Assembly: GCF_006345805.1 (NCBI RefSeq)
Contig: NC_043002.1
Location: 118,606,001 to 118,670,000 of the forward strand
Origin: Octopus sinensis
Taxonomy: Eukaryota
DNA length: 64,000 nt
Direction of reading: 5' to 3'
Below the pieces are notes generated by a model, which ran no database searches, was not told the DNA's origin, and saw nothing but the letters and a program-made list of their open reading frames with translations. Of this stretch, positions 11,551-25,400 are shown in pieces. How positions within the stretch are numbered: position 1 is the stretch's first letter; every line of letters starts with the position of its first letter. The position numbers were made by a program, and so were the translations under genes.

Positions 11551-12759
11551 GATTAACTTATCAAGAGTAGTGTAAAATGTGGGGAGAGGTAGCTCAATTT
11601 TATAGTCGATAAAGAAATAGAAAGTGAAAAACGGTTTCACATAAACGTGACGAAATATAGAATTAATAATTATTCATGTAAAGGAATCACTGATTTAAAA
11701 TATTTACATACCTATATACACATGGAATACATACACAGCGATAAACGATGGAAAGCGAAATGCACATCCACTACATAAATGCAAGTTTATCCACACACAC
11801 ATACACACACACGCACACGCACACAATCACGCACACACACACAATCACGCACACACACACACAATCACACACACACACACACACATGCACTTACTTACAC
11901 ACATATGATCAAAAAGAAAATGTCAGAAATTCTTTTTTATGTTTAATTAGAGAAAGAGTGACACTTCTAATAGTATCTGTATTCCCTAATTGGGTTGTAG
12001 GATCGGTACAACTGATGTTCCGTTTGAGCATTTATAGGTTGATTGTAGGAAAAATGTGGTTGGGTAAAAATGCCAGCGTTCGTTAATCATTTGAAAAGTG
12101 CGACCCAGAGAGATCGCAGGAGGAGTGACGGGTGGGACAGGAGAAAAAGAGAAGCCGTGCTTATGAGAGCCAATTGTAACCGTTGGAGAGTTAATATTTG
12201 CCAGTCAGCCTAATAATATTTTTTTGGACATAGTCTACGGTGTTCGTATATGTAAGAGGCAATCACTTAATCTGTTTATTTTTTAAAATTGATATTGCAG
12301 TTAGGTTTGCAACAACCCAACCGTTGACTCATAATATTTCTGAAATTGAAAAAATGAAGTATTTGTTTCTCGATGTATATAAAAAAAATATACTAAGAGA
12401 TTTTGTTAGTGAAGTTGTTTTATTTTTGTTTTACTGCCAAAAGATGCGCGCACAGACACACACAAACACATATGCACACACATATACATATACAAGCATA
12501 CATACGTGGCACTGTCAACATCATACGTGCAAGCGTTGAGGACCATTACTTTTTGAATGTTTACTTCAACAATTATGCCTATTCATCCAGCCTAAAACAG
12601 TAACTGGTTTATTTCTCTTATTATAAATAAGAGAAACACCCTTTACTTACCAGCATAATGTTATTCTGACCGGATTAAAAAAAAAACAAATTGGGTGTCA
12701 GGTATTGATGTTCTGCTCGCAGTGTTCTGCTCGCACGATCATGGTTGAAACTAATAAAA

Positions 12760-13790
12760 ACACCACCAATGTAAGCTATTTCAGAAAAAGTCCGTGATGC
12801 CCATTCTATTAGCTATGGTTAAAAAAATACTGGGACGAAACTCACCACATTTTAAACACCTTTAAGCGAAATAGCTTTGGCAACAAACATTTAAAAACCA
12901 AACCCCCCAAAAAGACTTGCTTTCGTGATGCTAACTGATCTTCTTAAAATAAGGGAAACTGGCCAAATTTTGCCATTAGAGAGCCTGTAAATAAACCGCT
13001 GCTGCCGTCACCGGATTCTCGTGTATCTTCAAATGTAACAGAATCGACAGAGACGGCTGTGGAATATATTCGACTTAGAAACAACCTGAAACCGCAGTTC
13101 ATAGAAGTCTCTTGTACTTTTTCGAAACTATCGTTGAACGACAAGCCATTCGCAACAAGATTAAGAGAAAATCCAACTTCTCTAATGCCGAAAGTTACCG
13201 ACGATATCGTTGAAGAGCACATGGAATCATGTGATATCAATTAACGGATGATTAATATACCCTCATATACGTAAATGCTATCACCCTTAAAGAACGCTTT
13301 GGAGAAATCTGCTGTAGACATGGTAAGGAGATTACTAAAGGTAAGCAACCTAGATGGAAAACAAAACTTGAAGAAAACTTCAACACTCTGCGCCGCCATA
13401 TTGGATGGTTAAGCACAATAATAAAATGTAAGGACAACAATGAGCTCACACGGACAGAATAGGCCAGATATTGTTCTGTGGGATAGGGAGCAATACCCAT
13501 GCATTTTTGGAGAGATCAGCTGCTTGACGGATGTGAATGTCTCATCAAAAATCGAGGATAAGAGATCTGTGGAGATCTAATGAGAAATCTAAAGTTGTTA
13601 CATTCAGGCCCCAGAATTTCATTTGTATCTATTATCATAGATGTATGTAGCAATAAATCTGTATATAAACGTAGAAAAGCAAACTAATTCATATTCTCAA
13701 AAATAATCGGTAAGTGAAAATTTGTAAAGCATTCAGGGATTCCTCATTTGAAGTTTATGGGCTGAACTAATGCATTCAATCACATATTCA
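12760..13790 (+). mobile_element. R4/Dong-like non-LTR element, internally deleted (no RT)
   Basis: N-terminal motifs KKYWDE and QPRWKTKLEENFNTLRRHIGWL join at about 13450 to the REL endonuclease motifs HGQNRPDIVLWDRE...EISC..D.NV and the C-terminal VKICKAF. Confidence 0.65.
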
Positions 13791-14377
13791 TATGGTACAC
13801 ATACACGCGCACACACACACACACATGGACAAACCAACCATTTCAATATAAACTACAAGACCTGTTTTGATTTAAACAAAAGAGCCTTCTCACTTTGTTA
13901 GGGTCGGCTTAAATTCTGCAGAGGAAAAAACAAACACACACACACACGCACACGCATAAGCGTGTATGTATGTGTGTGTGTATATACATATATATATATA
14001 GTGTGTGTATATACATTTAAAGTTATATATGTGTGTGCATAAACATATATACATTATCCATCTCACACACACACATGTACACGCACATGCGCGCGCACAC
14101 GCACAGGCGCGCGCACACGCACAGGCGCGCGCACACGCACACACAATCCTAAACATAGTGCTACAGCGAACTGACTACTCATCAAAGCCGTGGGAAGTTA
14201 AAACGCCATACTCTACAATAAAATAGCAGAGTTTCATAATATAGTCACAGACAAATGGAATAAATATCAAATCTCTCAGTTACTCCTCTTGTCAGATCAG
14301 AGTGATGGTAAGGTTATAAATCCTATCCTTAACCAGACGTTGAGCTCATAGTAACCTGTTTTATTCTTTGAATGTCT

Positions 14378-14768
14378 AAGGCGGCGAGCTGGCAGAAACG
14401 TTAGCACGCCGGGCGAAATGCTTAGCGTTATTTCGTCTCCCGCTACGTTCTGAGTTCAAATTCCGCCGAGGTCGACTTTGCCTTTCATCCTTTCGGGGTC
14501 GATTAAATAAGTACCAGTAAAGCATTGGGGTCGATATAATCGACTTAATCCGTTTGTCTGTCCTTGTTTGTTCTCTCTGTGTTTAGCCCCTGGTGGGTAG
14601 TAAAGAAATAGGTATTTCAACTGTCTTTATGTCCTGAGTTCAAATTCTGCCGAGGGATACTTTGCCTTTCATCCTTTCGGGGTCGGTAAATTAAGTTGCG
14701 TACTGGGGTCAATCTAATCGACTGCCCCCCTTTCCCAAAATTTCGGGCCTTGTGCCTAGAGTAGAAAA
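14378..14768 (+). mobile_element. Dimeric SINE family B with 16-bp TSD
   Basis: Head, body, spacer, second body and tail, flanked by TATTCTTTGAATGTCT (14362-14377) and TATTCTTTGAATCTCT (14769-14784). Confidence 0.85.
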
Positions 14769-15402
14769 TATTCTTTGAATCTCTATTGCTATTTATCTAT
14801 CTATCTAATTTCCATTCAAAAGCTATTGATTAAATCGTGACGATGGTTAAAGGTGCCATGCCGTGGACTGAACCAAGAATGCTTTGGCTGCAAAACGAAC
14901 ATTACAAACACATTGTTTTGCCTGCGTCCATATCTGTATTTTCTGGTGTTATTTTTTGGATGCTGTTTTGGCAATGTTATATATGTTAGTTACTCATGGG
15001 AAATCATTAGAAATTATGAAACTTAGCACTTGAAGTGTCTTTCAAGGTTTTAACTGCATATTGTTCTTGACGTGATAAATCGCTCGAAGTGAGAAGGATA
15101 GAGAAGGGAGAAAGAAACAGAAAAAGAGAGAAAGAGAAAGCGAGAGAAAGAGAGAGAGAGAGAGTTGCGAAACTGTATTCTTGATAAGTGTAATAATTGT
15201 CTGTTGAAAGAAGACTAGAGTTTTCTGCGCACACTGTTGAATGTTTTCGGCGAGTTGCCTATCCATGCAGGCTGTACTACTTTGCTGTGAGGTGTATAGG
15301 TTTATTATTGTATATTGTTGTTTATAAACTGATTAATTAAAAATAACTTTTCATTTTAGTATCATTGAAGCATTTAATCATTATAAGAAGTTCTATTAGA
15401 TA

Positions 15403-15622
15403 AGGTAGCGAGCTGGCAGAATCGTTGGGACACCGGACAGAATGCTTTGCAACATTTCTTCCGGCTTTATGTTCTGAGAATGAATTTTGCCGAGGTCGAC
15501 TTTGTCTTTCATCCTTTCAGGATCAATAAAATATATACCAGTTGTGTACTGGGGTCGATGTAATTGTCTAGCCGTCTACCCACTAAATTTCAGGCCTTGT
15601 ACCTTTAGTCGAAAGAAATAAT
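15403..15622 (+). mobile_element. SINE family B monomer with 12-bp TSD
   Basis: Flanked by TTCTATTAGATA (15391-15402) and TTCTATTAAATA (15623-15634). Confidence 0.8.
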
Positions 15623-17329
15623 TTCTATTAAATATTTTTCTTCCGCAGATAATAAAATCAAAATGTAATGCCGTAGTAACTGTTTATACATATAAATTGT
15701 CACATCAATTTAAAGTTATTTATGATGCACTTCCTCCATAAATATAATACCATTCATCTGAGCCAATTCCAGTCCATTATTGACTGGAGTGAATGTCCAT
15801 AAACAAACGTAAGTCGATACAAGACAATAAATACAAAATCTAAGGCAAGCTAAAGCTTGTGATTTCTATTTTTCCTTTATTATTTGCGCTGACTTTTGAT
15901 TTGGTTTTACGAGTCATGGTTATATATTACTTTCTATTTTAATAGCGTGCAATTAGTTGATTAACAGCCACAATTGCTTATTTTCCGATCCATTTGGTTC
16001 GTTCACACAGGTTTATCAAACATACAAACTCGGTAATCAGTATGAAAATATAAGCGTTTGCATTATGGGAAACTTGAAGGCATTTCTGGGTTTTATCTTG
16101 GCAAAAAACCAGGAAAAACAATTTCTCTTGATCTCTTGAATTTTATCTCTTGAGTTATATTTAATTTTATAATTTATTTCTTTTGGGCACATTTAGAATA
16201 TATTTACCAACGCATAACAAAGGACATCGACTTGTAACCATTCAATGCATGATTTATTGTGAAACAAAAATAAATTAATTAATCGCGCTTTTATTCAGAT
16301 GCGTTGTCGGTTTTAACGGAAAAACAAAGATTACATGGCGTTTATACATCAAATTAATGAATTAATAGGGGAAATGTTGTCAAAATTATATATAAAATTA
16401 CATTTAAATGTAGTATTTATTATAGAACAAAAAACATTCTGGATAAGCTAAACACTGTATACTTCGGGAACATTAATTGAATAAAGTTCAGAAAATTAAG
16501 CAAATGAGTGGAAGACTATTTCAACGTTTTCAGCTGGATTTCTTTTGGAGAAGGAGAAACGGTAGTTTATGAGAGGAAGTAAAATAGTGGCTGGGCTATG
16601 AGGGACAGAAAGTTGTTGTTTAGCTCTCAGGTCAACCCTGATCAAGTAAATTTATAATCAAAGGTATTCCAGCTGTTATAATCTCTCGTATCCCATGTGC
16701 ATTGTCCAGAGTGTCCATAGTAAGGTTACATTTGAGTTGAATGTGGCTGCTATTTCTAGCAACCCAAGCAAATAAGTAAATGTTTTTCGTTGTCCCGAGT
16801 AAGGCTTACTTGGAAGAATTGACAAATTTTATTTATTAAGTAGATACATCTATATAGATTAACATACGTATAAGCTGTTGCAGGCCAAGATTTGTTGGAA
16901 AGATATGAACAGGAAGAAGATTCAAGGAAGATTTGGAGAAACCGCACATACTCTTAAGCCATATTGCAATAACAAAGCACTGCTCTGACTTCATAGTGTG
17001 GTCTGAGTGAGAAAAAATAGTTTTGATGCGCATGAAAAACCTAGAATAGGAAATCAAAAGAGGAACGAAACTAGCAGTACACCGTGATTCCAATCAAGGT
17101 GGGATGTCCTGGGTTCATTCCTTGATCCGCTATGTCATACATTGCTAGCATTGAACTTAGGAAGCACAGCAGGGCAATGATTCAAGAACAGGAGAGTAAG
17201 CGGAAAATGCTTATTCATAGATATGAGAGTTGCATGTTTTACTACTTCAGTGAGCAGTAAAACATGATACTTGCGTAGCTGTTGGCGCGATCACAGCTGC
17301 TACCAGTTTGTTGTGATCACTTAATGAAT

Positions 17330-17475
17330 GACAGGTGTTAAAAGTGCGCTGCAGTGTGAGTTAAAGGAAGCAGGGATTTACCTGTTTGTCTTAATGACGT
17401 TCGACACCATGGGAAAGACTGAAGTAACATCGGAAGGGGACAAAATCATTGCAATCTTCAGTCAAGAGCTGATAA
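17330..17475 (+). mobile_element. Possible Tc1 5' fragment
   Basis: ACC-ATG-GGAAAGACTGAA reads MGKTEVTSE..DKIIAIF, resembling Tc1 transposase starts. No TIR identified. Confidence 0.3.
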
Positions 17476-17532
17476 TATGATATTACAATTACATGCATGC
17501 ATAATACATAGACGCTCACGCACACACACACA

Positions 17533-17626
<94 letters not shown>

Positions 17627-17662
17627 TGTGTGTGTGTGTGCGTGTACACACATAGACATAAT

Positions 17663-19215
17663 GGAGAAGAAAAGGGCTTAGTTTACTAAGAATCCTTTTA
17701 GAGTCACTAAAACACTGCTGGGTGAGACTAAATGTGGTAGATGAATCTGCCTCAGTAAAAGCATAGAGGATTTCCGAGAAAGATCCACAATCACAACCTC
17801 AAAACCCAAGTCTTGCATGCTAAGCCAAAGCTCGGTAAAACTGTATTATCAAGAAATTAACTTGACATCAGCAATCAATTCTAGAAAGAAATTAGAGAGT
17901 TGATGAAGGTCGGAACCGGACTGTTCCCGGCCCAAGTGGTATACCGTACAAGGTGTATAAGAAATTCCTTATGTTCCTTCTGAGATTATGGACACTGCTT
18001 AGTAAAATATGGTAAAAGGGAATCATATCATAGTGCAAGAAGAAGGTACAAGGGTGTTTTGTACCCAAGGCAGAAACTCTTCAGCCACAAACCAATTTAG
18101 AACCATCTCACTCCTGAGTGTTGGAGGTAAAATGTTTTTAATGTTGGCCAAAAGAATGACCTCGTACATGATCGAAAATGGACATGTAAATACCCTAGAA
18201 AGGTGGGACCCCATGCTTCTCTGGATGTCCTAAACACACCGGAGTTCTCAGTCAGATAATCTGGGAAACCAAAAGAAGCAAAGTAAACTTTTTAGTGGTC
18301 TGGCTAGATTTGGCCAATGCATACAGATCAATCCTTCATGCCCTCATATATGTAGCCTCAAAAAACTACCAAAAAACTATCTCTTCACGCATTAAGGAGA
18401 CGATCATCAGTTATTTCGGAGGTATTCAGTTGCGTTTCATAGCAACCCAGTTTACAACTTGTGGGCGAAGCCTTGAGAAGGAAAATGTAACTTGCTGTGC
18501 AATTTCCCCCTTTCTCTTCAACATGGGATCGAACCTCTTATTAACAATTGCTGATAAAGAAATACAAAAACCAAGGATGGAGTTAGGCAGCCAACAACAT
18601 CCAAAAATATATTTTATGGATGTTCTCATAATGGCAACCACGGACCATATGGAGAAGAAATCGATGGTAATTTTACTTGAACATATTGTAAAGTTGAGTT
18701 TAAACCTAAAAAAATCCAAAATTATGTTGATCAGGAAAGGGAAAGTGTTAGATAGTCAGTGCAAGCACACGGAGAGGCGATTCCATCGGCAAAAGAAAAT
18801 CTTATAAAACGTCTTGTTAAGTGGCTTAATGACTTAATTCTTGACAAGCACAACATGAGCAGTACTGAGAAGTAGAAAGAGGAGTGTCTGAAAAGGATAG
18901 AAAGCTCAGGTCTTCCGGGAGAATTCAAAGCATGGCTCAACCCACACGGGTTGCTCCCGAGATTTATGTAAAAGCTGACGGTATGATGTTTCAGTGACAG
19001 GAGTGGAAGGAGTGGAGAGTAAGATAAGCAAGTACCTCTAAAGGTACTTGGGTACCACTTCAAACATCATTTCAATAGGCCTGTGCGTATGATCATGTCA
19101 GTTGCAACTTTCTTCACCAAATCCGTGGTGAAGGATTCAGAATAGCAAAGTGTAGAGTCGTAATGATATACAATGACTCTCAGAATCGGCGTGTTAGGCA
19201 CTCAGATATCTAGAT
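17663..19215 (+). mobile_element. HERO/NeSL-like (R2-group) non-LTR retrotransposon fragment
   Basis: PGPSGIPYKVYKK, QFRTISLLSVGGK, VVWLDLANAYRSILH and YFMDV, with many frameshifts. Confidence 0.8.
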
Positions 19216-20969
19216 ACAATATGGGATATATGTAGACGGAATGGTCATGACTGAAACGTTTATGCGCATCAGGGCTAACCTGGAATAAACAATAATAATA
19301 GCACTATTAAGAAAGAAACGATTTATCTATCTGCATCAACAGCTTATAAACATCTTAAAGTGTAGTGTGTATATAGATGCAAAAGCCATGACATCGTAAC
19401 TTCATCGAAATACACTTTACATTTTAGCAAACAAATATCTAATTCAAAATGTCATTAAAAATCCATTCACATCAACAAACTTTCGCATCAGTGCAATGAT
19501 AAAAATTAGTCGCTGCTGAAAATTGACTGAGGTTAAACCTGCACAATAAACCAGTCATGAAAGTTAGATCATCCACTAATCCACATTACAACCGAAATGG
19601 ATCAACTGGATTGACGGATTAACTGATGCATCATTGGTTTAACTTGCTACAAACTTTACGTTCATCTGTACGTAAACGTTAAAAGGATTTCCTATTGTAT
19701 GGAATGGTTTTGTTTCAATGAATAAGACCGTTATTTTTCTGATCTATTTTGCAATCGTGTTTACACAGGTTTAGTTTTCTTCCGCTTGAATCAACTATTA
19801 AATCATCGAATCATACCAAATTGTATTACGCAGTTATATTCAATTTCTAACTATTCGAAAAATACAGAAACATTGATTGATTATTTTATAAATAATTATA
19901 TACAAAAAGAAGAAAAAGGGGAAGTAAAGAAGTAAAAGAAGAAAAAGAAGATTAAAAAAAAGAGTAAAGAAGGAGGGGGAAAAGACTAAGAAGGAGGAGC
20001 AAAAAGAGAAGCAGAATAAAGAGAAGAAAGAGCAAAAGAGTTGTATGGGGGTTGGAGAAGAGATGAATGCCATTACTATTGTTCTCTTGTCAATGGGATT
20101 GCTAACTTTAGTGACAAAGTATATGGTGGAGATGCCTGGGAAGTTCATTTTGGTATAATTCACGCAACTTCCTAGTTTGTTCAGCAGAAATACTAGGCTA
20201 AGTCATATCATACGATATAAGTAATTTTCTCTTAAATATACCCGACCTAGCACAGTAATAAGTACAGTTAAGGGGCACTCGAGATGAGAGCCACTAGAAG
20301 TATGGCTTTCGCTTGAATGCAAATTTAACGCAATCCCGTTATTTCTTGCGTGATGATATACATGATCATAGCAACTCAAGCAGCAGAATGAAGAAAAAAA
20401 TATATGAAAACATATATGAAAGCAACAAGAAAATTATGATCAATGCGCAGCATTTGTGACGATATTTTCTGAATATTATGATGCAATATTTTAGCTAATT
20501 TTGGCAAATCTTTAAAGCATTTTATTCTTTCGCACATGCAATAGATGGCACTACACTCTACAGAAAGCTGAATATTGTTTGCTACTTTTTGGCTCGTGGT
20601 GCATTCAACACTATTTCGACCATTTTTACGCACTGTTTTGTACTTGTCAATTATTAACCAGAAAATTATAACAATGACTGAGTTGATGAGATTTCCCATC
20701 GATTATCCCCAGAGAAGAGAATCTATTCGTAAACGGAACAATCGCTTATTGTTTTACCCCTAAATATCATCATTTCTTTATATGCGCAATCATTTCTCCA
20801 TCTTTTAAAATCCAAGTGTCTGCATGGAATATTTTGTATGGCAAATGCCTTTTCCTTCCCTCTTCTCTGTGTGTCTCTCTCTCAGATTCTCCCTCACTTT
20901 CCCTGCCTCATGTATACGCATATGCCCAAATACGCGCTCGTATATACATGAAACGCATACATGCAAGCA

Positions 20970-21130
20970 CGCAACACACAAACACACACACTCACACTCA
21001 CACACACTCACACACTCACACACACACACGCACCCGCACGCACGCACACATACTCGTACGCATATACAAAATATTCGTACGCATGCACATAGCGCACGCA
21101 CAAACACACAGTGATACACACAGACACACA

Positions 21131-21210
<80 letters not shown>
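20970..21210. repeat. Compound (CA)n microsatellite
   Basis: Read directly from the sequence. Confidence 0.95.
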
Positions 21211-21214
<4 letters not shown>

Positions 21215-21793
21215 CTCGCTCACGTTTATTGGATTATGTTTCGGTTCAGTTTACGCTCTTTTTCTCTATTCAATGAACGGTATTTTGATACAAAACCAAG
21301 CAAGGAAAACTTTTTATCAGAGCGTAACAGCTGCAGTTTCTGCATATATTGTTCTATTTATTGTCTTAGTTTTGGTTATATTTTAAGATATTTGTATCTA
21401 ACAGACATAAAGTCATAGCGCTCAGCCATATAAATAAATAAGTCATCAAGGCAGCGGAACATTTTCTCTCTGTAGAATTTGATTTGCATACAAACTTGAC
21501 AAAATTCAACTATTTTTTCATTATATTCCAGGGTAAAAGAGTCATCTCTATCCCTTGTTTATGAGAGCAAATTTATTTATTTTTCCTTAGATGTTGAAGG
21601 ATTGTATGTATATCTAAATATTTACACACTCACTCACACATACATACACACACATACGCACGCAAAAAGAGAGGTAGAAAAGAACTATAGAAAATTCAGA
21701 TGTATGAAGCTATGTGCAAATGTCTACGTTTACTGTTTATATATGTGTGTATGCATGTACGTGCATACATACGTACATAAATACATACATGAC

Positions 21794-21827
<34 letters not shown>

Positions 21828-23089
21828 TAAGTATGTATATATATATATAATCTGTGTGAAAATGCATGTGTGTCTGTATTACGCTTTCTGACTTCAAAAG
21901 ATCGTAAATTTTCGTACAGAATGAACGTAAATAATACTGGCGCTGATATGAATTTAACTGAGACGCCACTGAAGCAGACAATCTAAATATAAGTCTCTGT
22001 AATCGAATGAAAAACAAATTATAAACGTTTTACCTCAATAACTTAACAATAAAATGTAATTTTGTTTTTATTTCTTTTCTAACAGAAACAAGCTATGTAA
22101 ACCTACTATACTTGCACATGTGGTATATTATCATATATCTTTAATATTTCTTTCAATGGTAGGACTCAAGCTATCGGGTAAATTTTCCACCGCTAGTTTT
22201 TCCACTGTAGTTTTCTACTTCTATTATCTTTGATGTTTTATTATCGAGTTTATACATAAAAGCGTAGTAAAAAATAATAACCCATGCCATGTCTCATAGA
22301 GACTGAAATAGGCCAAAATGACAAATAAATAAATAAATGATAATGAAGTTATGAGCGATAAAAGAATAGATTTTGTTCTTGCAATTTCATAGTGAAGTAG
22401 TTGACAAAAATAACAAGGGCTCAAAAAGCTATTTCCATTAGCTTTGATTTTATAGTTATTAGAAACTGGGTTCATATTTCTTTTAATAGTCATTACTCTG
22501 TTCATAAACTATGAATTAAAGATTTCAAATTTCGTAAATATTGTTACTGAACAATATAGGAATAAATCCTTGAAGAAAATGCGCGGCTTTCTGTAACCTG
22601 ATGATCCAATCAATGCTTTATATTCAATAAATAAATAAATAAAAAACACCTTGATATTAAATTCTTTTTTGCCATTATAATAGCTAAAAGAAATCAGATG
22701 TAAATTGTTTTTGAACACATCGGACTATGTACAGACAAATGCTGAACGATTGAGCAATTCGACATAAGTAAAACGAATTTAAATTTCAGACACGTATTAC
22801 TGATGATTTTGTATTACATGCGAGAAAAGTATGCCAACATTTCGGTCCGTATACTTCAATTGCCAATCTATCGCGTTTATTTCATCAGTTATACATTATC
22901 GAAAATTTGTAACAAAGTGGACAAAACTAGAAAGAGCAAATTTCGAATGTAATCGAGTTTTTAGCATACAGATTATCAATTGTATGTGCAATCTACAGAT
23001 TCAGTATTTATTATGGCAGAAATAAGTATAATTATTAGAATGAAAATAATAATACAATATTCCTTATATGACAATAAGAAAATTACTAG

Positions 23090-23530
23090 AACTGTAGCTT
23101 GCATCCAGTCATTCAATTGATAACCTCTTCCTCAGCCATTGCTATTTCTTTCACTTTTTCTCCAAACTCATATTTACCATCGGCAACGCTTCCAGCTTTG
23201 TTTACCATACTCTGCATTCGCCTCAGCCTCTACGCCTCACCATTTGTCATTCTCCCACCACACAACTGTGAACTTGGAACCCTATTCTCACTTCTCGTCG
23301 CATGAATATACGTCCTGCTATCTATCACCTCCATTTTTATCTTTCTTTTCAGTTACTTCCACCCACACTTATATAATACGGTTAACCATGTATCGCCTCT
23401 ACAGCATAACGCATATTCCTGCCCCCCTTTATCATACTGTAGTCTCCCACCACCTGATGTAACGCAAGCTTTTTCTGTACTACACCACCTCGACCAAGCA
23501 GGAATCTATTTGCCTTACGAATTACATGGT
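23090..23530 (-). mobile_element. Possible RTE-clade LINE relic (endonuclease end and linker)
   Basis: RQIDSCLV, HQVVGD, WWEND and KVKEIAMAEEEV loosely match RTE ORF2. Heavily decayed. Confidence 0.35.
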
Positions 23531-25400
23531 GACCTCACTATTGTGTTTAGTGGGGTAGTCTATTGTGACCATAATACTCTGGTGGATGGAGTTAGCTATT
23601 TGCTGGATGCTCTCCATAGTATTAGTTTCTATTACTATATCAACATTACTCTCTTGTGGGGGTGCCTTTACCACTATGTTGATATCATCAACATAGCGAG
23701 AGTACATGTTTACGAGTATAGAGTTCTGTGTTAGGCGTTCTTTAAGCCTTCTGTCCCACCATACCATGAAAAGGTTGGCCACATCACCAGCGATACTAAC
23801 GCCGATGGCTGCCCCCTCGTCCTGGGCATATATTTTATTATTAAACTTAAACGTGTGGCCTGTTAGGGTAACTCTTATACTAGCTCCTAGTGCATGTGTG
23901 ATCATTTTCTTTACCTGATGGACATTTGCGGTGCTCCGTATGGCTCTGGTCCACCCGCGCCATCTTTCTAAATGTGTCTTCCTAGCCATAGAAGTAATTG
24001 TGGGCGGTCTACCTCTTAAACATCTACAGGGACAGAAACTACTAAGATTATGTTTATCTAAGTATTCATTATTACATGTCAGTCTAAGTAGGAGGCCCAG
24101 TTCCTCTATGTTGACATTACGGAACTCCACCTGGCTCTCGTTGATCATCTCCACGCACTTCTCCACTGCAAAATCTACGTCGATCGATGGGTATAGGGAT
24201 ACCACATCCATGCTACCTACCATACATCCTGTCAGGTCACAAGTGTTGTTACAGTCATTGATCCTGTTGAGGAGATCTTCTGTGCTGTCACAAACATCAG
24301 GTGACATCCGGATTATAGGGCGTATGATCATTGAGAGGAAGTAGGAGATTCTGTAATTGCTAGCGATATTCGCTCCACAGACTGGTTTTGTTGGTGGTCC
24401 TGCTATAGGGTCAGTGGTTACTTTATGGTCCTTTCGAAGTCCATACAGTGCCGGGATATCATTGTTCTAGGCTTGGAAATTATTTGCAGTACGTTTCTGG
24501 GGTCCCAGAACAATTGTCTACTTCATCATGTGGGCGTTGAGGACCTTTTCTCTCTCCTCATGCACCTGTAAAGTTGTTACTTTCGTATTGGCGATATGAG
24601 GTTGCATTGCCTGGATGTAGTTCGGTAAGCTGTCCATTGACATCCTGCCGGACTTATCTGTGGGAAGGCATATCACCTCTCCGTTCCTCATGCGCTGAAT
24701 GAGCTTATGTAGGCCACATGCAGGTTTAATCCCGAGTTGTTGGGCCTCTGTCTTATTCTGTCTCTGTCTCTTAGTGTATAATCCTAAAATCTGTCTAAGT
24801 TTGGTCCTAGCTATAGTGAACTGTGCTTCCATATGGTCATTAGTATGTCTTGGGATGTAGACTCTTTTGTTGAAGGGTAATGTTGTTGGATAAATCCGGC
24901 TCATGCAGTAAGATTTGTCACATACGTTGAAGAATTGAGTGTCAAAGGGGTGGGTATACATGTCAATGGTCTTTCTAGGGTTATCTTCATTATCGTTACT
25001 GTTTCCATCATCAGCCTCCCTATTATTATTACCACCATTACCACTACTACTATTATTACTATTACCACCACAACTATCACTACTACCATCATTACTATTT
25101 CTACTGTTACCACCACCACCACCACCACCACCACTACTACTACCACTATTATTGTTATTACCGTTATTCCTACCATTGCCATTATTGCTATCATTCTGAT
25201 TATCGCTAGTGATATTTTCATTGTTCTTGTTTCTGGTGTATGTGTTGTTCATATTAGTGTTGGGTTTTATGTCTGTCTGTTGGTCCCTGTCATTCCCTCT
25301 GTTGTAGTTGTCATTTTTGTTCCTATGAGTACTGTTATCTGTTTCAAGTCTACTGACTCCCTGTCCAAGGATTCTCTAGCATTCAACTTTATTTTCCATC
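23525..25400 (-). mobile_element. Penelope-like element RT, 3'-truncated (no GIY-YIG seen)
   Basis: One frame with two stops: LPTDKSGRM, IPALYGLRKDHK, GSMDVVSLYPSID, YAQDEGAAIG and YSRYVDD. ORFs 24518-25252 and 23522-24331 are in the same frame. Confidence 0.88.

Noticed and set aside
20040-20175. Protein-like open frame YGGWRRDECHYYCSLV...
   Set aside because: It has no polypyrimidine acceptor (the upstream sequence is purine-rich) and no recognisable domain.
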